A program made the translations under genes and the position numbers. 64,000 nucleotides of DNA, from the NCBI GenBank assembly GCA_951406725.2, contig OX597817.1:65472001-65536000 (forward strand), read 5' to 3'. Shown piece after piece: positions 24,205 to 38,337 of the stretch. Origin of the DNA: Octopus vulgaris (taxonomy: Eukaryota). Below the pieces are notes generated by a model. That model saw only the letters and a program-made list of their open reading frames with translations, was not told the DNA's origin and ran no database searches. How positions within the stretch are numbered: the stretch's first letter is position 1; each line of letters opens with the position of its first letter.

Positions 24205-24355
24205 CCGCAAGGGGCAAATTCCGACTAGGTCGACTTTGCCTTTCATCCTTTTGGGATCGATAAATTAAGTACCAATTGCATTCTGGGGTCAATCTAATCG
24301 ACTGGTTCCCTCCCCATCCCAAATTTCGGGCCTTGTGCCTAGAGTAGAAAAGAAT
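24205..24355 (+). mobile_element. SINE family A partial copy
   Basis: CAAATTCCGACTAGGTCGACTTTGCCTTTCATCC...GGCCTTGTGCCTAGAGTAGAAAAGAAT. Confidence 0.75.
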
Positions 24356-25247
24356 AATACCACAAGGGAGATAAAAACAGAGAAATTAAACACAAACACT
24401 GACATGTTACAAAAACGTGGGTGTTCTACATTGACCTAGATGAATGAAAAAAAATATTTTTAAAATGAAAAGAAAATGTCGAACAGAGACAAAATGTGAC
24501 AGATCTATGATTGAGGAGGAGAGTATAATAAATTTAATCAACTTTTGTGCTTTGTTTTGTACCCTTCCTGAATGATAAAAGTTAATCAGCAGTGGATCTA
24601 AACCAATAATGTAGAAACGTAACTAAATACTGCAAAGAATTTCTTCGGATATTTTGACGATTCTATTGATTCTAAGATCAAACACCCTTTTAGTGATAAT
24701 AATTTCTTCATTAATCACAAGGGCTATCATACAAAACAAAACAATAAACAAACAAAAATAAATGAATAAATGAAGTCAAACACACATTAAAACAACAATT
24801 ACAAAAGTAAGTGAAGTTGGACATGGAAGAGTTTTATAAATGTGCGGTGACAGGTAAGGACGTATGCAATGAACGTACTAAAAGTTTGATGACCATTACA
24901 GAAACAGAAAATATATAAAAAGAGAACATATTTAAAACAAGATAGAATTTAAACAATGAAATTAGCAACTCGTCCAGGCAAAGGTGCCAGACTTCCCACC
25001 CACCCCTCTACCTACACACACAACCTTGATCCTTTCATTCTGTCATCTTTTCCTGGTCTTGTAGTCCACATATTTGCTCGTTCCACTAATGTACTTGAGT
25101 AGCTTTGGATTAGTGATGGTGTATATAAATTTGTTTGTATGATTGAAGTTTTTTTTTAATAGTTTGTCTTCTATTTCTAACATTTCAAATGTCTCAAATG
25201 TATATCTATAAATGTTTCAACGGTTTTTCTTTTGTTCTATATTGCAG

Positions 25248-25388
25248 TCTTGATTCAAGTCACTCAAGCCCTCTACTCTTTTGGCGCCGTATGTGGTATC
25301 CTCAGTCTGCTTATAGCAACAATAGCCTTGTGTTGTGACTGTAAGTGCAATGCGCACAAAGCCGTGGCCATTCTACTTATATTGGCTG
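25248..25388 (+). CDS. Internal coding exon of a PMP22/EMP/claudin-superfamily tetraspan membrane protein (TM2 to start of TM3)
   Basis: Acceptor TTTTCTTTTGTTCTATATTGCAG, donor G|GTAAGT, 141 bp, phase 1-1. Encodes LIQVTQALYSFGAVCGILSLLIATIALCCDCKCNAHKAVAILLILA. Confidence 0.75.
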
Positions 25389-25429
25389 GTAAGTAGCATG
25401 CTTTCTACACAAATATTAAAAATCGCATT

Positions 25430-25730
25430 TTTGACATGATCATGGTGAAAGTATTTCTTTGATACTTATGGCACTAATAAATATGGAAGTATCATCCACT
25501 TTACTCGATCTGATTATCACCTTTTCAAACTTTGCAACATTGTATAGAAGGAAACATTTTATTAATCAGGAAGAAGTTGAAAATGATATTGAGTGTTTCT
25601 TTACTTCGAAACCTGAAGAATTTTACGCTTAAGGGATCAACAATTTGCTAAATAGACATAGTTATGTTGATTAAATATATCAATTAAGACCATCTTGAAA
25701 AAGCGACTGGACTTTCTTTACAACTTAATA
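25430..25730 (+). mobile_element. Decayed mariner 3' fragment (intronic)
   Basis: Translates to ...SDYHLFK...EEVENDIECFFTSKPEEFYA*GINNLLNR... and ends in TIR-like CTTTCTTTACAACTTAATA. Confidence 0.7.
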
Positions 25731-26252
25731 CAAGCAACTGCGCGCATATATATACATGCGTTTAAATAGGTGAGGCATAATAATAGAATAAGTGTAATCA
25801 CCAATGAGAAAATATATTTCACTATTGAAACATACTGAGAACGGTTTATTCTCATATGTTTTTAAACAAGCAACACATGAATGGCATCACCTGTAGATCT
25901 ATATTACGGCGAAACAATAAGTCTAGTATTTGTTCGTAGTTCTCAGTCACATTAGCATGTCATTGTCCTCTAAATATTTACTCTTTTCCACTTTAACGTC
26001 AATCACTGAGATGATAGGCGTTACAGCGTATAAGTGGCGCAACCAGATGAGTTTATCATGAAATTCAAAGTCCCTGGTTGTTAAAAGCGCCGAAACAATA
26101 CGGATTCTCGTTTCTATGGATGATGTTTTTGTGATGCTTTTGCAGCTCTATTAATAAAGCATATTACTCTACCTCCGATATTCGAGTACTATTTTTTTCC
26201 ACCTGTTTCAGATGTATGTGCTTACTCTGATATATATGTATATATATATATA

Positions 26253-26289
<37 letters not shown>

Positions 26290-26294
<5 letters not shown>

Positions 26295-26729
26295 CGCTAC
26301 ATCATCTGCATGATGTGGAAAATATTCCATCAGCATTGCCCAAATGATGTTGGCATCACCTTTAGGTTACTTCCAAGGCTTGGGCCCCGTGCCATCCGCC
26401 CAAAACAAAAATCGCACTCTCATCTCATAAAAACAATACGGCACAATTATTTCACCTCAATTGGCCCCGCTCTCTTTAACATTACACCAAAACACATTAA
26501 AACAGAAACTGACCCTATAGGGTTCAAGAAGTCTTTGGACAGATTCCTTCAAGAAATCCCGGATAAACCCCCTACACCCGGATATGTCTCTGTAAACAAT
26601 AACTCTCTACTTGAGTGGGCCATAGTGCCCAAATTCTGACTTGAAAGACTTCACCAGGTGGTGCTATTAAGTTAGACATGGCCTGGGCCAATAATGGCCG
26701 AAACCTATTAAAAGTATCAAAGTATCAAA

Positions 26730-26732
<3 letters not shown>
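26290..26732 (+). mobile_element. CR1/L2-group LINE 3' fragment inserted in (AT)n
   Basis: ERYIICMMWKI...PRLG...IRHNYFTSIGPALFNITP...FKKSLDRFLQEIPDKP..PGY..NNSL is a typical ORF2 C-terminus. The tail is (AAGTATCA)2-3, with (AT)n on both sides. Confidence 0.8.
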
Positions 26733-26809
<77 letters not shown>

Positions 26810-26821
26810 GTATGTATAATA

Positions 26822-26862
<41 letters not shown>

Positions 26863-27461
26863 ATTTCTCCAAGTAAGTATATTTATATATATATATGCGT
26901 GTTTCTGTGAGTATAGACATATATACAAATATTATTCACGCTTTTGTACCTTCACCTTCTTACATCTTAATTTACTAATTTGACTTTAAAATGTATATGC
27001 AAATATTTAAAGACATAAACAAGCAAATAAATAATAGATAAATAAATATGTTAATTTAAGACTGAAATAAACTTTGGTTGCCAATTTGTCTGCCGTCTTT
27101 TAGTCTGTTTTGATATTAGTGTGGCGCCTTCAGCTTACACTCCTACTAGCAACAAATTAACTGCGCTCTACATACACCAATAAACACACACACACACATA
27201 CACACGCAGAGAAGGAGGGGGAGAGAGGGGGAAGGAGGGAGAGAGGAGAAAGAAAGTGAGAGGGAGAGAGAGAGGAGAGAGAAATCCCTACAAGTACGTG
27301 CATACACGCATACGCAAATATATTTATGCATATACATACACTCATACAGACATACGTAAACACAGATGCACACATACGCACGCATATACAATCATACACA
27401 CACACAGTACACAAACACACCATCTAAATATACGTACGCGTCCATACACAAATAAACATAC

Positions 27462-27498
<37 letters not shown>

Positions 27499-28559
27499 TA
27501 AATACACAGAAATTCACAAAAACGCATACGCACGTACGCACACATACACATACACGAATAAAAGCGCATACACATACATAAATCTCTCTCTCTCTCTCTC
27601 GCTCTCTCGCTCTACTCTCTCTCTCCCCCTCTCAGTCACACACACGCGCGCACATGCACCTCCCCGCACATGCGCACGCTTACATACTTAGATTTTGATT
27701 AAGAAATCTCTTCTCCCTTTTGCTTCTTATTTTGTTTATTTTTGTTATCTTCCTCCATTTAACGTCTCATACATTTTTCATTGTTTATCGCTATGGTTAA
27801 GTACTATGTTCTTATCTATTTATTAATTTATACAACATTTTTAACAATCTGGCAAAACATTACTGATGGAATGAAACAGCGAATAAATTGTTGTTTCCGT
27901 TTCTGCTGTTGTTGCTGATATTTCTGTTTTGTCCCAGGAGATTATTTCTGATTGAGTTGACCAATAGTCAAGGGTGTTACGGCTGTGGACATCGTATCAT
28001 GAAATTGGTAGGACTACGTCATTTAATGTGTCCGCCTTTCCCACCAATTTTTTATGAGGTCAGGATACGATCCGAAAGAGATTTGGCTGCTGCTACATTT
28101 AGAATGTCGAGCGACATCATGTAGATGCCCCCATTGGTTTGGCCTGTCCTCATTTCTAGGATGATACAGTAACTTCAGGGTGATATGGCTGCTATTTCTA
28201 AGAGAATACGCGATACCGCATAGATTGCTTACTGTTGTAACTATGGTACATGGCGATCCCTGAAAGAGCATATCAATGAACAAAGATATTCCAGTCATGG
28301 CCATCCAATGTTTCAAGCACTGTTTCTCCTATTGTTTAAGATCGTATTTTGTAATGTGCGGAAGACTTGTGTGTAGGAAGGAAGGAAGGAAGGAAAGAAG
28401 AAAAGGCACTCAAGAAACACATAGCGATGTGAGACCGGACGACAGATTAAGTTAACTACCCAAAAAGTAGGGTTAGGATAGCTGTGTACCGAGAAGGGAG
28501 TGGGAGAATGGTGAGAAGATATCTACATAAGAGAGGTATAAGTTTTAAGGGTATATGGG

Positions 28560-29500
28560 TTGAAAATTCTGCGTAAAAAACGGATCTGAGAATCTCTTGA
28601 TGCTTAGAGTGCCCAAACTTTGTCTGCATGATGTCAACTCAGTTTTTAAACCCACCATACTTCTCTTCAGAAATCTAAAATCACCTTCTACCATAGAGAT
28701 TTTTTTATCCTCGATAACTGCAGTGGATTTGCCTTTAGAAGTTGAAATGTCTCAAACATATTTCAACTAAAAGTTCGCTTGATGAGTTTGCTTGCGAGAC
28801 GTTCTTTATTTCAATCCATTTCAATACATTATTGGCTTCACTTGTTTCTTGATTTAGTCTCCATTGATCAGCCTTCTTGAAGCCACATATAAATTCTGTT
28901 CCATTTGCATTTAATAGATCCACAGCCCTGTTCATTATCATTTGATTTTCACCGTTTAATTGTTCTCTTATCTCACTTCTTTCACTACTCACGTCTATTT
29001 CTTCCATTATGTTACTTTCATTTCTCATGTGTTCAACATCCCCAGATATCCTTCTTTTGATAGCTTTTAACTCCAACTCTGACAAACATTCTTTCGTATT
29101 GCTCATGCTTGATCACATAATCTCTATTCTGTGATTTCAGAGAGCTTCATCCCTTTCCATTCTCTTTGCATTCATTATCTGTATCCTCTGACTGGTACGC
29201 TATTTGCATCTACTGGGATGCTCCGAAAGCAACAATCCATAGCCATTATATTAATTTGTTTACTCCACGTTTGCCTCGCTGCATGATTAACAGTTATTAG
29301 ATTACGACTGGACCCATCCTGCTGTACAATGGGATTTGTTTAACATTTTCACTCGTAAATGAGGTGTGCTATTGGGTTGCCACCAACCAGTATTTTTATT
29401 GAGACACCACCTCTAATAAGGTTGCCCATCAGAGCAAAAGAGGCCTTGCTCCTTGGCTTTGGCATCAGAATGACCCTTGTAGTCTGCTTGTCATCCAAGG
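28560..29500 (-). mobile_element. Decayed R4/Dong-like LINE, 5'/N-terminal portion
   Basis: Frameshifted ...KGMKLSEITE.RLCDQA...KECLSELELKAIKRRI...WRLNQETSEANNVLKWI resembles the N-terminal region of R4/Dong ORFs. Confidence 0.5.
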
Positions 29501-29612
29501 CTAACGAACTCAACCTATTCTTAACACTGTTTATTTGAAGGCGCCAGACGCCTTTTCACGCCCTTATCCCAAATTCCAGGCATTGTGCCTATAGTAGAAA
29601 GGATTAGTATTA

Positions 29613-29668
<56 letters not shown>

Positions 29669-29912
29669 ATTATTGTTGTTGTTGTTGTTGTTAGGTGAGG
29701 TGGCAGAATCGTTAGCACGTTGGGCGAAATGCTTAGTGATATTTCGTCCGTCCTTACGTTCTGAGTTCAAATGCCGCTGAGGTTGAATTTATCGACTTAC
29801 CCGCTCCCTCAAAATTGTTGGCCTTGTGGCGAAAATTGAAAATTATTTATCTTCACCAGTTTATACTGTTTCACCTTTTTATTGCCATTGTTTTCTTCTT
29901 CTCTCTTTGCAG

Positions 29913-30106
29913 TGGTTTTTATGTCAATCGGCCTTGTAATCTATGGAATCGCCATGAATAAAAAATACGACGCGGCCATCACTTGGAATGAGACCTCGCA
30001 AGCCATGATTTGTTGGTCATTTTGGCTGGGAGTCGGGGCATGTGTGGTTAGTTTCTTTACAGCGATCATCTACGCTTTCGAAAGCCACGTGACATCCTAC
30101 AACTGA
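29913..30106 (+). CDS. Terminal coding exon of the PMP22/EMP/claudin-like protein (end of TM3, loop, TM4, stop)
   Basis: Acceptor TTTTCTTCTTCTCTCTTTGCAG, in phase with exon 25248-25388 (G|TG=Val). Encodes VFMSIGLVIYGIAMNKKYDAAITWNETSQAMICWSFWLGVGACVVSFFTAIIYAFESHVTSYN*. WSFWL before TM4 matches the family's (G/S)W/YSF.L signature. Confidence 0.8.
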
Positions 30107-31041
30107 TTACTAACAAGCCAGTTTTGAGCATATCAACCAACCAACCAACCAACCAACCAACCAACCAACCAACCAATCAATCAACCAACCAACAAACCAT
30201 ACACTATTTTCACCTTTGGCAATCAACAGATAGTTGGACTACTATCAAAAATCACTACTTCTCACAACTGTTACAACAACTACTACTACAACTACAAACT
30301 CTCCTACTATTACAATTAATACTACTAGAACAGCTACTACTATTGCTAGTATAATCCCAGCACTGCAACCACTGCCAATGATCAGTTCTATGACCATTAC
30401 CAACTCCTAACTTACTAACTGCTATTTACCAGCTCAATAACTACCATTACTAAATACAAATACTATAGCATTTACAAAAGGCCTCTACGTAGGGAAGATG
30501 ACAATGCCAAAATAATTACAACTAACACCAGTACCACAGTAATCGTACCAACTAAACCTTCTACCAAACAGCACGATGACCACCACCACTTAAACCACCA
30601 CCAGCACTATCATTACCACTATCAAATGCCACCAATCCCTACCACACAACAACCACTAGAGCCCTGAAATAAATAATAACTGTTGCAAATACTGAGTCAT
30701 TGAGGGGACCACTATAAGGTCGCTCGATCTGCTCGCAAGAGCAGACAAATCTCCATCTTATTGTACGCTACCATCTTAAAAAAGGAAGGATGCATTCGGT
30801 AATGTAATCCTTAGTATACAACATTTGGACGAAAAATAACAGACGGGATGGTCATAGGTGTTATGCTTTTGATTACAAGTTTGTTTGATCAGGGCTGACT
30901 TGTGACTGAACAAAAATAACAACATCAAGAACCAAGATATGCATAAATATGGCGTTTTAAGAGAAAGCACCTGCATCATAAATTATAATTCATTGTCGTA
31001 TAGCACACATATACACACACCTGCACACTCTGATAACATTA

Positions 31042-31120
<79 letters not shown>

Positions 31121-31387
31121 ATAATACATATATATATATATGTATGTATGTATATACACATATATACGTATACATACATGCATACATACGTGTATACATA
31201 TATATATATATATTTTTACATACATACGTTTATTGTGCATACGCGCATAAAATGCATCTATAAGCGTTTAATACACTTTGAATTAGCAAAATAGATGATT
31301 GTTGTACGCATATGCACACACAGACATACTGACACCAATAAGATACGCTGACATTTTATTATGTATATATGCGTGTGTGTATGTGTG

Positions 31388-31441
<54 letters not shown>

Positions 31442-31648
31442 CGCGTGCACGTTAGTATGTATACTAGGTCAATCGAAACTAATCCCGAAGTCTACATGTA
31501 CTTCACTTCCTTCATGCCAAAATCTTTGTAGTTCGCCGGGCTACCACGTTGGATTAAAACTGAAAACAATTTGAATTATAATACAACATGGCGGCTTGAA
31601 GAACTGTGTTATTTATCTCCTTAATCGTCGGTCATGATTTCACTCGAC

Positions 31649-31733
<85 letters not shown>

Positions 31734-31815
31734 GTATATATAAATATATAAACATATATATGTGTATGTATATGCACATGTGTATATGTATGTATTGTGT
31801 GTGTGTACGTGTGTA

Positions 31816-31857
<42 letters not shown>

Positions 31858-31892
31858 GTATATATGTATATATATATGTATATATGTATATA

Positions 31893-31964
<72 letters not shown>

Positions 31965-32587
31965 TATTGCAAGAAGTAATGTGAGGTATATACACAAGAG
32001 TGTTTTATAGGCCACTTCAATATTGGGAAGTAAATATTAACTATAAATAAGAATACAAATTTAATTTTTAACTGAAAATATATAATTCTTCTATTTCGGT
32101 TAAAAGAATAAAAACAAAAACTTTACCAAGATTTTAGAAGAAAAAGAGAACCTATATCGGCTCTTTGCATTTTGAAATGTATGTGTATATGCATGCATGT
32201 ATGTATGTGTATATGCATGCATGCATGCATGTATGTATGTATGTATGTATGTATGTATGTATGTGTACGTACATATGTATGTATACCTGGAAGGATGTGT
32301 GCGGATGTGTATATATAGAGACGAGGGACTGAAGGTAAAATTCGTCACAGTGACTGACAAGTTTAATCTCAAAGAGAATCAGTCCGGTGATTCCTTTTGA
32401 GATGAAAACTGTCTTTGAAATGAAACTGGCCAGGAATTGTACTTTCATTTACGTCAATAAAGACATACACCACTCATATATATTCAGTTTTCTTTCTTCA
32501 AGGGGTAGCGATATGTAGTATGTAAATTTCTACATACACTCATAGATACACACACATACATACATACACACGCATACATACAAATAT

Positions 32588-32654
<67 letters not shown>

Positions 32655-33077
32655 AATATATGTGTGTGCTTACTTAAAAATATCAAAACGTGCATATATG
32701 CATTGCATATATACAATTTCATATTATCATACACACACACACAGGAACGCACAAACATACAAACACACACACACGCACACACATATGCACATGCACTAGT
32801 AGATTGCAAAACTCATTCAGATACATGTATATTTAAATGTACATTAATCAATGCAACTGCTGAGTGTGTTGTCAGCCACAAAACAACAAAAACAACAACA
32901 GCAGCAGCACCACTATGATATAGCAATTATATAAACTCACTAAACTGATTGATGTGCTCATAAAAACATTTCATAACTGCCAAGAGCCTTAATATTCTCA
33001 ACATCATATTTGAACACCAAAGAAAACGTATGGATAGAACTTCAACTTTTGCAAATAGCAAATGGACATGTACCTAC

Positions 33078-33157
<80 letters not shown>

Positions 33158-33341
33158 TACACACACACGCACGCACATGTGTACACACATTTGCATATAC
33201 ATTGTTTGTGTATGTATACCTATTTATGCACGTACACACACACACGCACGCACACACATGCATATTGTCTAAACTGTTACATTATTATATATATTTATAT
33301 ATATATATATATGTCTATCTATCTATCTATCTATCTATCTA

Positions 33342-33392
<51 letters not shown>

Positions 33393-33645
33393 TCATACAG
33401 ACCTAAAAGCTTGTGTGTGGGTGTGCATATATATGTGTGTGTGTGTGTGCATATATATATGTGTGTGTGCATATATATGTTTGTAGGCAGGTAGACAGGT
33501 ATCTACATAAATACATAATACACAGGCACACATACCTATAAGCTCATATAATAATGGAAAGATATGTCGTATATTTCTGTATGTGTGAGCATATGGATGT
33601 ATAAATGTAAATGTTTAGATATGTATACATACATACATACATACA

Positions 33646-33681
<36 letters not shown>

Positions 33682-34046
33682 TATATATTATATATGTGTC
33701 TACATATCTGTTTATCTATCTATATGTATATCTGTGTGTGGGTGTGGGTGTATGTATTTGTATATGTATGTATATGTATATACATAATTGTATGTGGGTA
33801 TATGTAGCATTCTGTCTCTATATATTTGAAGAACCAAGGGAAACAGACATATATTGCATGTCATACCACGTATTCATTATTTATATACATATACATACAT
33901 ATATATATACATATATATATACACATACATACACGCATACACACACACATACATACATATATAAATGTATATATGTACGTATATGTGTATGTATACAAAT
34001 TTATATTTATAGCTATATTCATATCTATATGTGTGTACACACACAA

Positions 34047-34099
<53 letters not shown>

Positions 34100-34177
34100 T
34101 AAATATATGTATATGTATATATATATATATACATATATATATATACACATATATATATATATATACATATATATCTA

Positions 34178-34212
<35 letters not shown>

Positions 34213-34215
34213 CTA

Positions 34216-34261
<46 letters not shown>

Positions 34262-34493
34262 CATATATGTATGCATGTATGAATATATTTTTGAATGCAC
34301 TTATATTATAAACACTATATTATACAATTCGTTGTGATGTGGCAGTTATATCCCCGCCCCCACTATTCGTTGTATATTTACTTTTTATTTACACGCAAAG
34401 ACGGACATCAGAAATCCTTCACTCTCAAGGTGACGTATGAGTTCTAATCGAATAACTTTTTTCCCTCTATTAGTAAGCTACAATGACATATTT

Positions 34494-34535
<42 letters not shown>

Positions 34536-35405
34536 CTCCCTCTCTTTATTCACTATCTCACTCATCATTTATATGCTTTAATGTCTTCTCCATTCCCACC
34601 CATGCGCACACATTCACACATACGGGCTCTTTGCTCTCTGTTTCTCTGTCTGTCTTTTCGAGACACGCACAGAAACGCGTATGCAGACACACTCTATCTC
34701 GCACGTACACACACACACACACACAGAGACACACACAGACACAGACACACACACATACACGCACACACACAAACACATACACACATGTAGACATTCACAT
34801 ATATACTTTAATAATACTTTAAACTATTTTCAATTGAATGCAACCTCCCCCCTTGTCTCTTACTCCCACCATTGATAATCCTTTCAAAAAAGTAAACAAC
34901 GGATATTATCTATTTATTTATTTTTTTAATTCGGTAAATAAGTATAAACAAAATGATAATATTAATAATTATAATAATAAATATCATACATTTTTCCCTT
35001 GTTTGTTTTGAGTCTTTATTGTGTGCGTGTTTCATTTATTTAAAGTGTTTGTTCACGTGAGCTCTGTGAGAGAACTAAGATGGCCGTGATGTTAAAATCG
35101 TTAATAGTTGGCAAGAAGTAAAGTGCTCAGCAGTTTGCTTATCCCATCCTTGCACAAGGTGTACCATGATCAAAACACCATAGACCAGCCAGCGAGGAAT
35201 AGCGACCAAAACTCCCTCAAATTACATACCATCGGCTGAAATATATAATATACATACATACAGAGAAATTGTTTGCCAATCCAGTTCTATAGATACACTT
35301 TCAGCTTCATGATTATTATCATTATTGCAGCAACTGGATACGTACCAACCCGCTTAGAGCAAATTATGGTTGAACTTGGGTTCTTGAGGAGAGAATACGA
35401 ATATG

Positions 35406-35464
<59 letters not shown>

Positions 35465-35479
35465 TTATATATATATATG

Positions 35480-35540
<61 letters not shown>

Positions 35541-35587
35541 AAATGGATAAATGAATTATCTTGTTAAGGATTATTCAAAAGTCCTGG

Positions 35588-35673
35588 ATTTTCCTGAAGA
35601 GAAAGCTGCAAAATGGTCTCCTTATTCAGTCCGAATTTGGAAATTTGCGGCCTTTGAAACATGTGTAGAAAAT
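35588..35673 (+). ncRNA. Type I hammerhead ribozyme with extended helix II
   Basis: ATTTTC-CTGAAGA-G-AAAGCTGCAAA...TTTGCGGCCTTT-GAAA-CATGTG-TA-GAAAAT. Helix I is 6 bp and helix II is ~11 bp, with an intact core and GUA site after 35667. It lies in a ~190-bp island between two (AT)n tracts. Confidence 0.8.
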
Positions 35674-35724
35674 AATAAAAGGAATTCTGTAGAATCTTCG
35701 TTCAGCTCCATTTCTTCCCTTCAC

Positions 35725-35806
<82 letters not shown>

Positions 35807-35900
35807 AAATAATTAGAAAATGGAGTAAAATTTTGATCAACAAACAAGAAAAAACTTAACCACATCGGTTGATTATTTTTTAATACGAAACATGACATAA

Positions 35901-36020
35901 CATTTCTTACGGTCGTTTCCGCTTCCAATGTTAGTCGGTGCTTACAAAAGAAATTCCGAAAAGATATTCGTCATCTTCATAGCACATTCGATCTAGTACA
36001 TGGAGCTTCATCAGAGTGAA
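35901..36020 (-). ncRNA. Decayed hammerhead-like motif with long helix II
   Basis: Minus strand CT-CTGATGA-AGCTCCATGT...ACATTGGAAGC-G-GAAA-CGACCG-TA-AG. Helix I is only 2 bp. Confidence 0.5.
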
Positions 36021-36318
36021 TACAAATGCGTAAAATAAAATAAACGAAGGGAAAAGGGAAAAGGAAAGAACAGGGCCTCGAGAAGAGGCCAGAAGGCTCA
36101 ATATATTAAAATCATACCAACTTGTAGCGTGGAGCTTTGAAGTTGATAGGCCAAAGCATGAACTAGCAGTGAACTAGGGAAATATTTACGGGTTATTTCT
36201 CTCTAAAGGGGGAACCAGGGTGTTTGAATAGTAGTGAAATGAAGTTAGTACTAAAATAAGACAAGAATTACCAATATCTCTAGAAAAATAATAGTACTTA
36301 TGAAATCGTAAATAGGGC

Positions 36319-36629
36319 TAGTTAATATTTATCCAAAAGCAAAAGCCTAGGGATCTTATAAGGGTGTACTTACAGAAATATTGTAGAGATCACCACCTGT
36401 TGTCCGCAATGGAATTGACCAAAGTCTATCCATCTCTACAACTGGTCAATTATATTTGAACCAAAGGCAAATGTTAAGGCCGTTACAAGGGATATGTAAA
36501 TATTCAATTGTAGAGATGGATAGATTTAGCCAATTCCATTGCGGACGACAGGTGGTGGTCTCGTCAATATTTCAGTAAGTACACCATTATAAGAGCCCTA
36601 CGGTTTTGTTTTTGGATAAATATTAACTA
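36319..36629. repeat. Long inverted repeat (arms ~36319-36444 / 36505-36629)
   Basis: For example, CACCACCTGTTGTCCGCAATGGAATTG pairs with CAATTCCATTGCGGACGACAGGTGGTG, and TAGTTAATATTTATCCAAAA pairs with TTTTGGATAAATATTAACTA. Confidence 0.85.
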
Positions 36630-36644
36630 TTTTATATCCATTTC

Positions 36645-36684
36645 TAGAAAACTTTCGTCACACACCTGTGACCTCTTCAGCGAC
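36645..36684 (-). ncRNA. Hammerhead-like core with broken helix I
   Basis: Minus strand CTGAAGA-G-GTCAC(aggtgt)GTGAC-GAAA-G(tttt)C-TA. Core and helix II are perfect but helix I is unpaired. Confidence 0.45.
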
Positions 36685-38298
36685 TGTTCCATCCCACGTG
36701 TCTCCTCCTGTTCGTGTATTTATTCGGCAAGAAAAAAATTGACCGTTCCGAAATATAACTATATTTTATGTTTTACTTGTTTCGGTCATTAGACTTCAGC
36801 CATGCTGGGGAACCGCCTTGAAGAATTGCAGTCCTGAAATATTGTTTGAAGATACATAGCGCGTTTTATGTTCACGTTTGTATGTGTGTGTGGGTGCGGT
36901 CGTTTAACCGAATAGAAATTAAGGCCAAAACTTTTAATATATACAATTTTCAGTTATAAATCATGAAAAACCTACGATAATCATGAACAAGCTCTAGTAA
37001 TCTTTGAAGAGTTCTAGTAACTACGAAGAATCTATGGCAGTTGGGGAAAACTCTGATGCATTAAAAAGGCTGTTATAGGTGTAATCTCTTAAAAGTTATT
37101 TGGTAAAAACAGAATCTTGGTCATCATAAATGAGCTCTAGTGTTTCTGGAATTTTCAGGTAATCTTAAAACATGAAAGCTCTCTTATGCTAAATGGATCT
37201 AGTAACCATGAAAAGTAATGAAATTTGACTAATAAATTTGACTAATAAATTTGACTAATTTTTCGCTGAAAAATTAATAAACTTCACTGAAATATTAAAA
37301 AAAAGGAAACTGGTGTTCTAATGAATTTTAGTATTGATTGGGGGTTTTCAGTCTGCACTCATCCCATTGGGTATAAAATACAGCTCCTTGTCGTATCAAC
37401 AGGGTTTGCTTTAGTTTCTTCAATGAAAAATATCGTTTTTTGACGTTATCCAAACGTCACAAATATTTGGAGGGAAGCAAAAAGAAACTGTAATAGCCAT
37501 GTGTTTTTTGTTTTGTTTTGTTTTGTTTTTTGCTGTAGTTTCAGCTCAAAGCTGCAGCCATGCTGATGCACGCAAGAATATTAACAGATCAAGGTGATAT
37601 AAATTGGTTTAGTTTAGGATTAGAAACTAGTTGGCAAACTCGACATATAGAGTGCTTACCACGTGTACCTTAATGATGCGTTAAGTTCCAATGCTGAGCG
37701 AAAATATTTCAATGATCATAAAGAAAGCACTGCTTGTTCATTTATTAGTAAAACTGCTATGTTACGGAGATGAGGTCTTGATATGCTTAACCATATTTCT
37801 AGCAATATCGCAATCTAAATTATCTTTCCACACTTTGCTATAACTACATATGTTTTACGTTTTTCATTTTCTCCTTTTATGCTAAGATACTAAAGAGACA
37901 TTGAAAGTGAGAGGTCTCGTCCGTCTTAAGCAACCAGTTCACTCGCTATATGATTCAATTGCTTTTTCTTGCTTTAATTAGGCAGAAACAAAATGCCATT
38001 TATTCTACGCAAAAAGAAAAAAATAGAGTACGCAGAGGGTAAAGAAAACAGTATGGGGAGTAGGGAGAGAGAGAAAGTGATCCTGGTAGCACTCTTGGGT
38101 TTCTGAGGGACGTTCGGTTTGTGAAGTGAAATAGTTTTATTCAGAGAAAACTAATCACATTATATAAAACTTGTTCATTTAATGGTTGCCATTAACAATA
38201 AAAACAAGCAGCAACCAAGGAAAATCCGAAAAAACCCAACCATCTGTCTCAGTCTTCTCGTTGAATTCTCACAATGCCGTATCATTACTTTTGGTAGT

Positions 38299-38337
<39 letters not shown>

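Noticed and set aside
24817-24853. Short phase-1 exon candidate MEEFYKCAVT before CAG|GTAAGG
   Set aside because: It has no polypyrimidine acceptor and no family motif, so it cannot be distinguished from chance.
25890-26100. Two possible decayed hammerheads (CTGTAGA...GAAACAATAAGTC; GGCGCAACCAG/CTGGTTG..GCGCC-GAAA)
   Set aside because: The CTGANGA box is missing or mutated and helix I is not identifiable.
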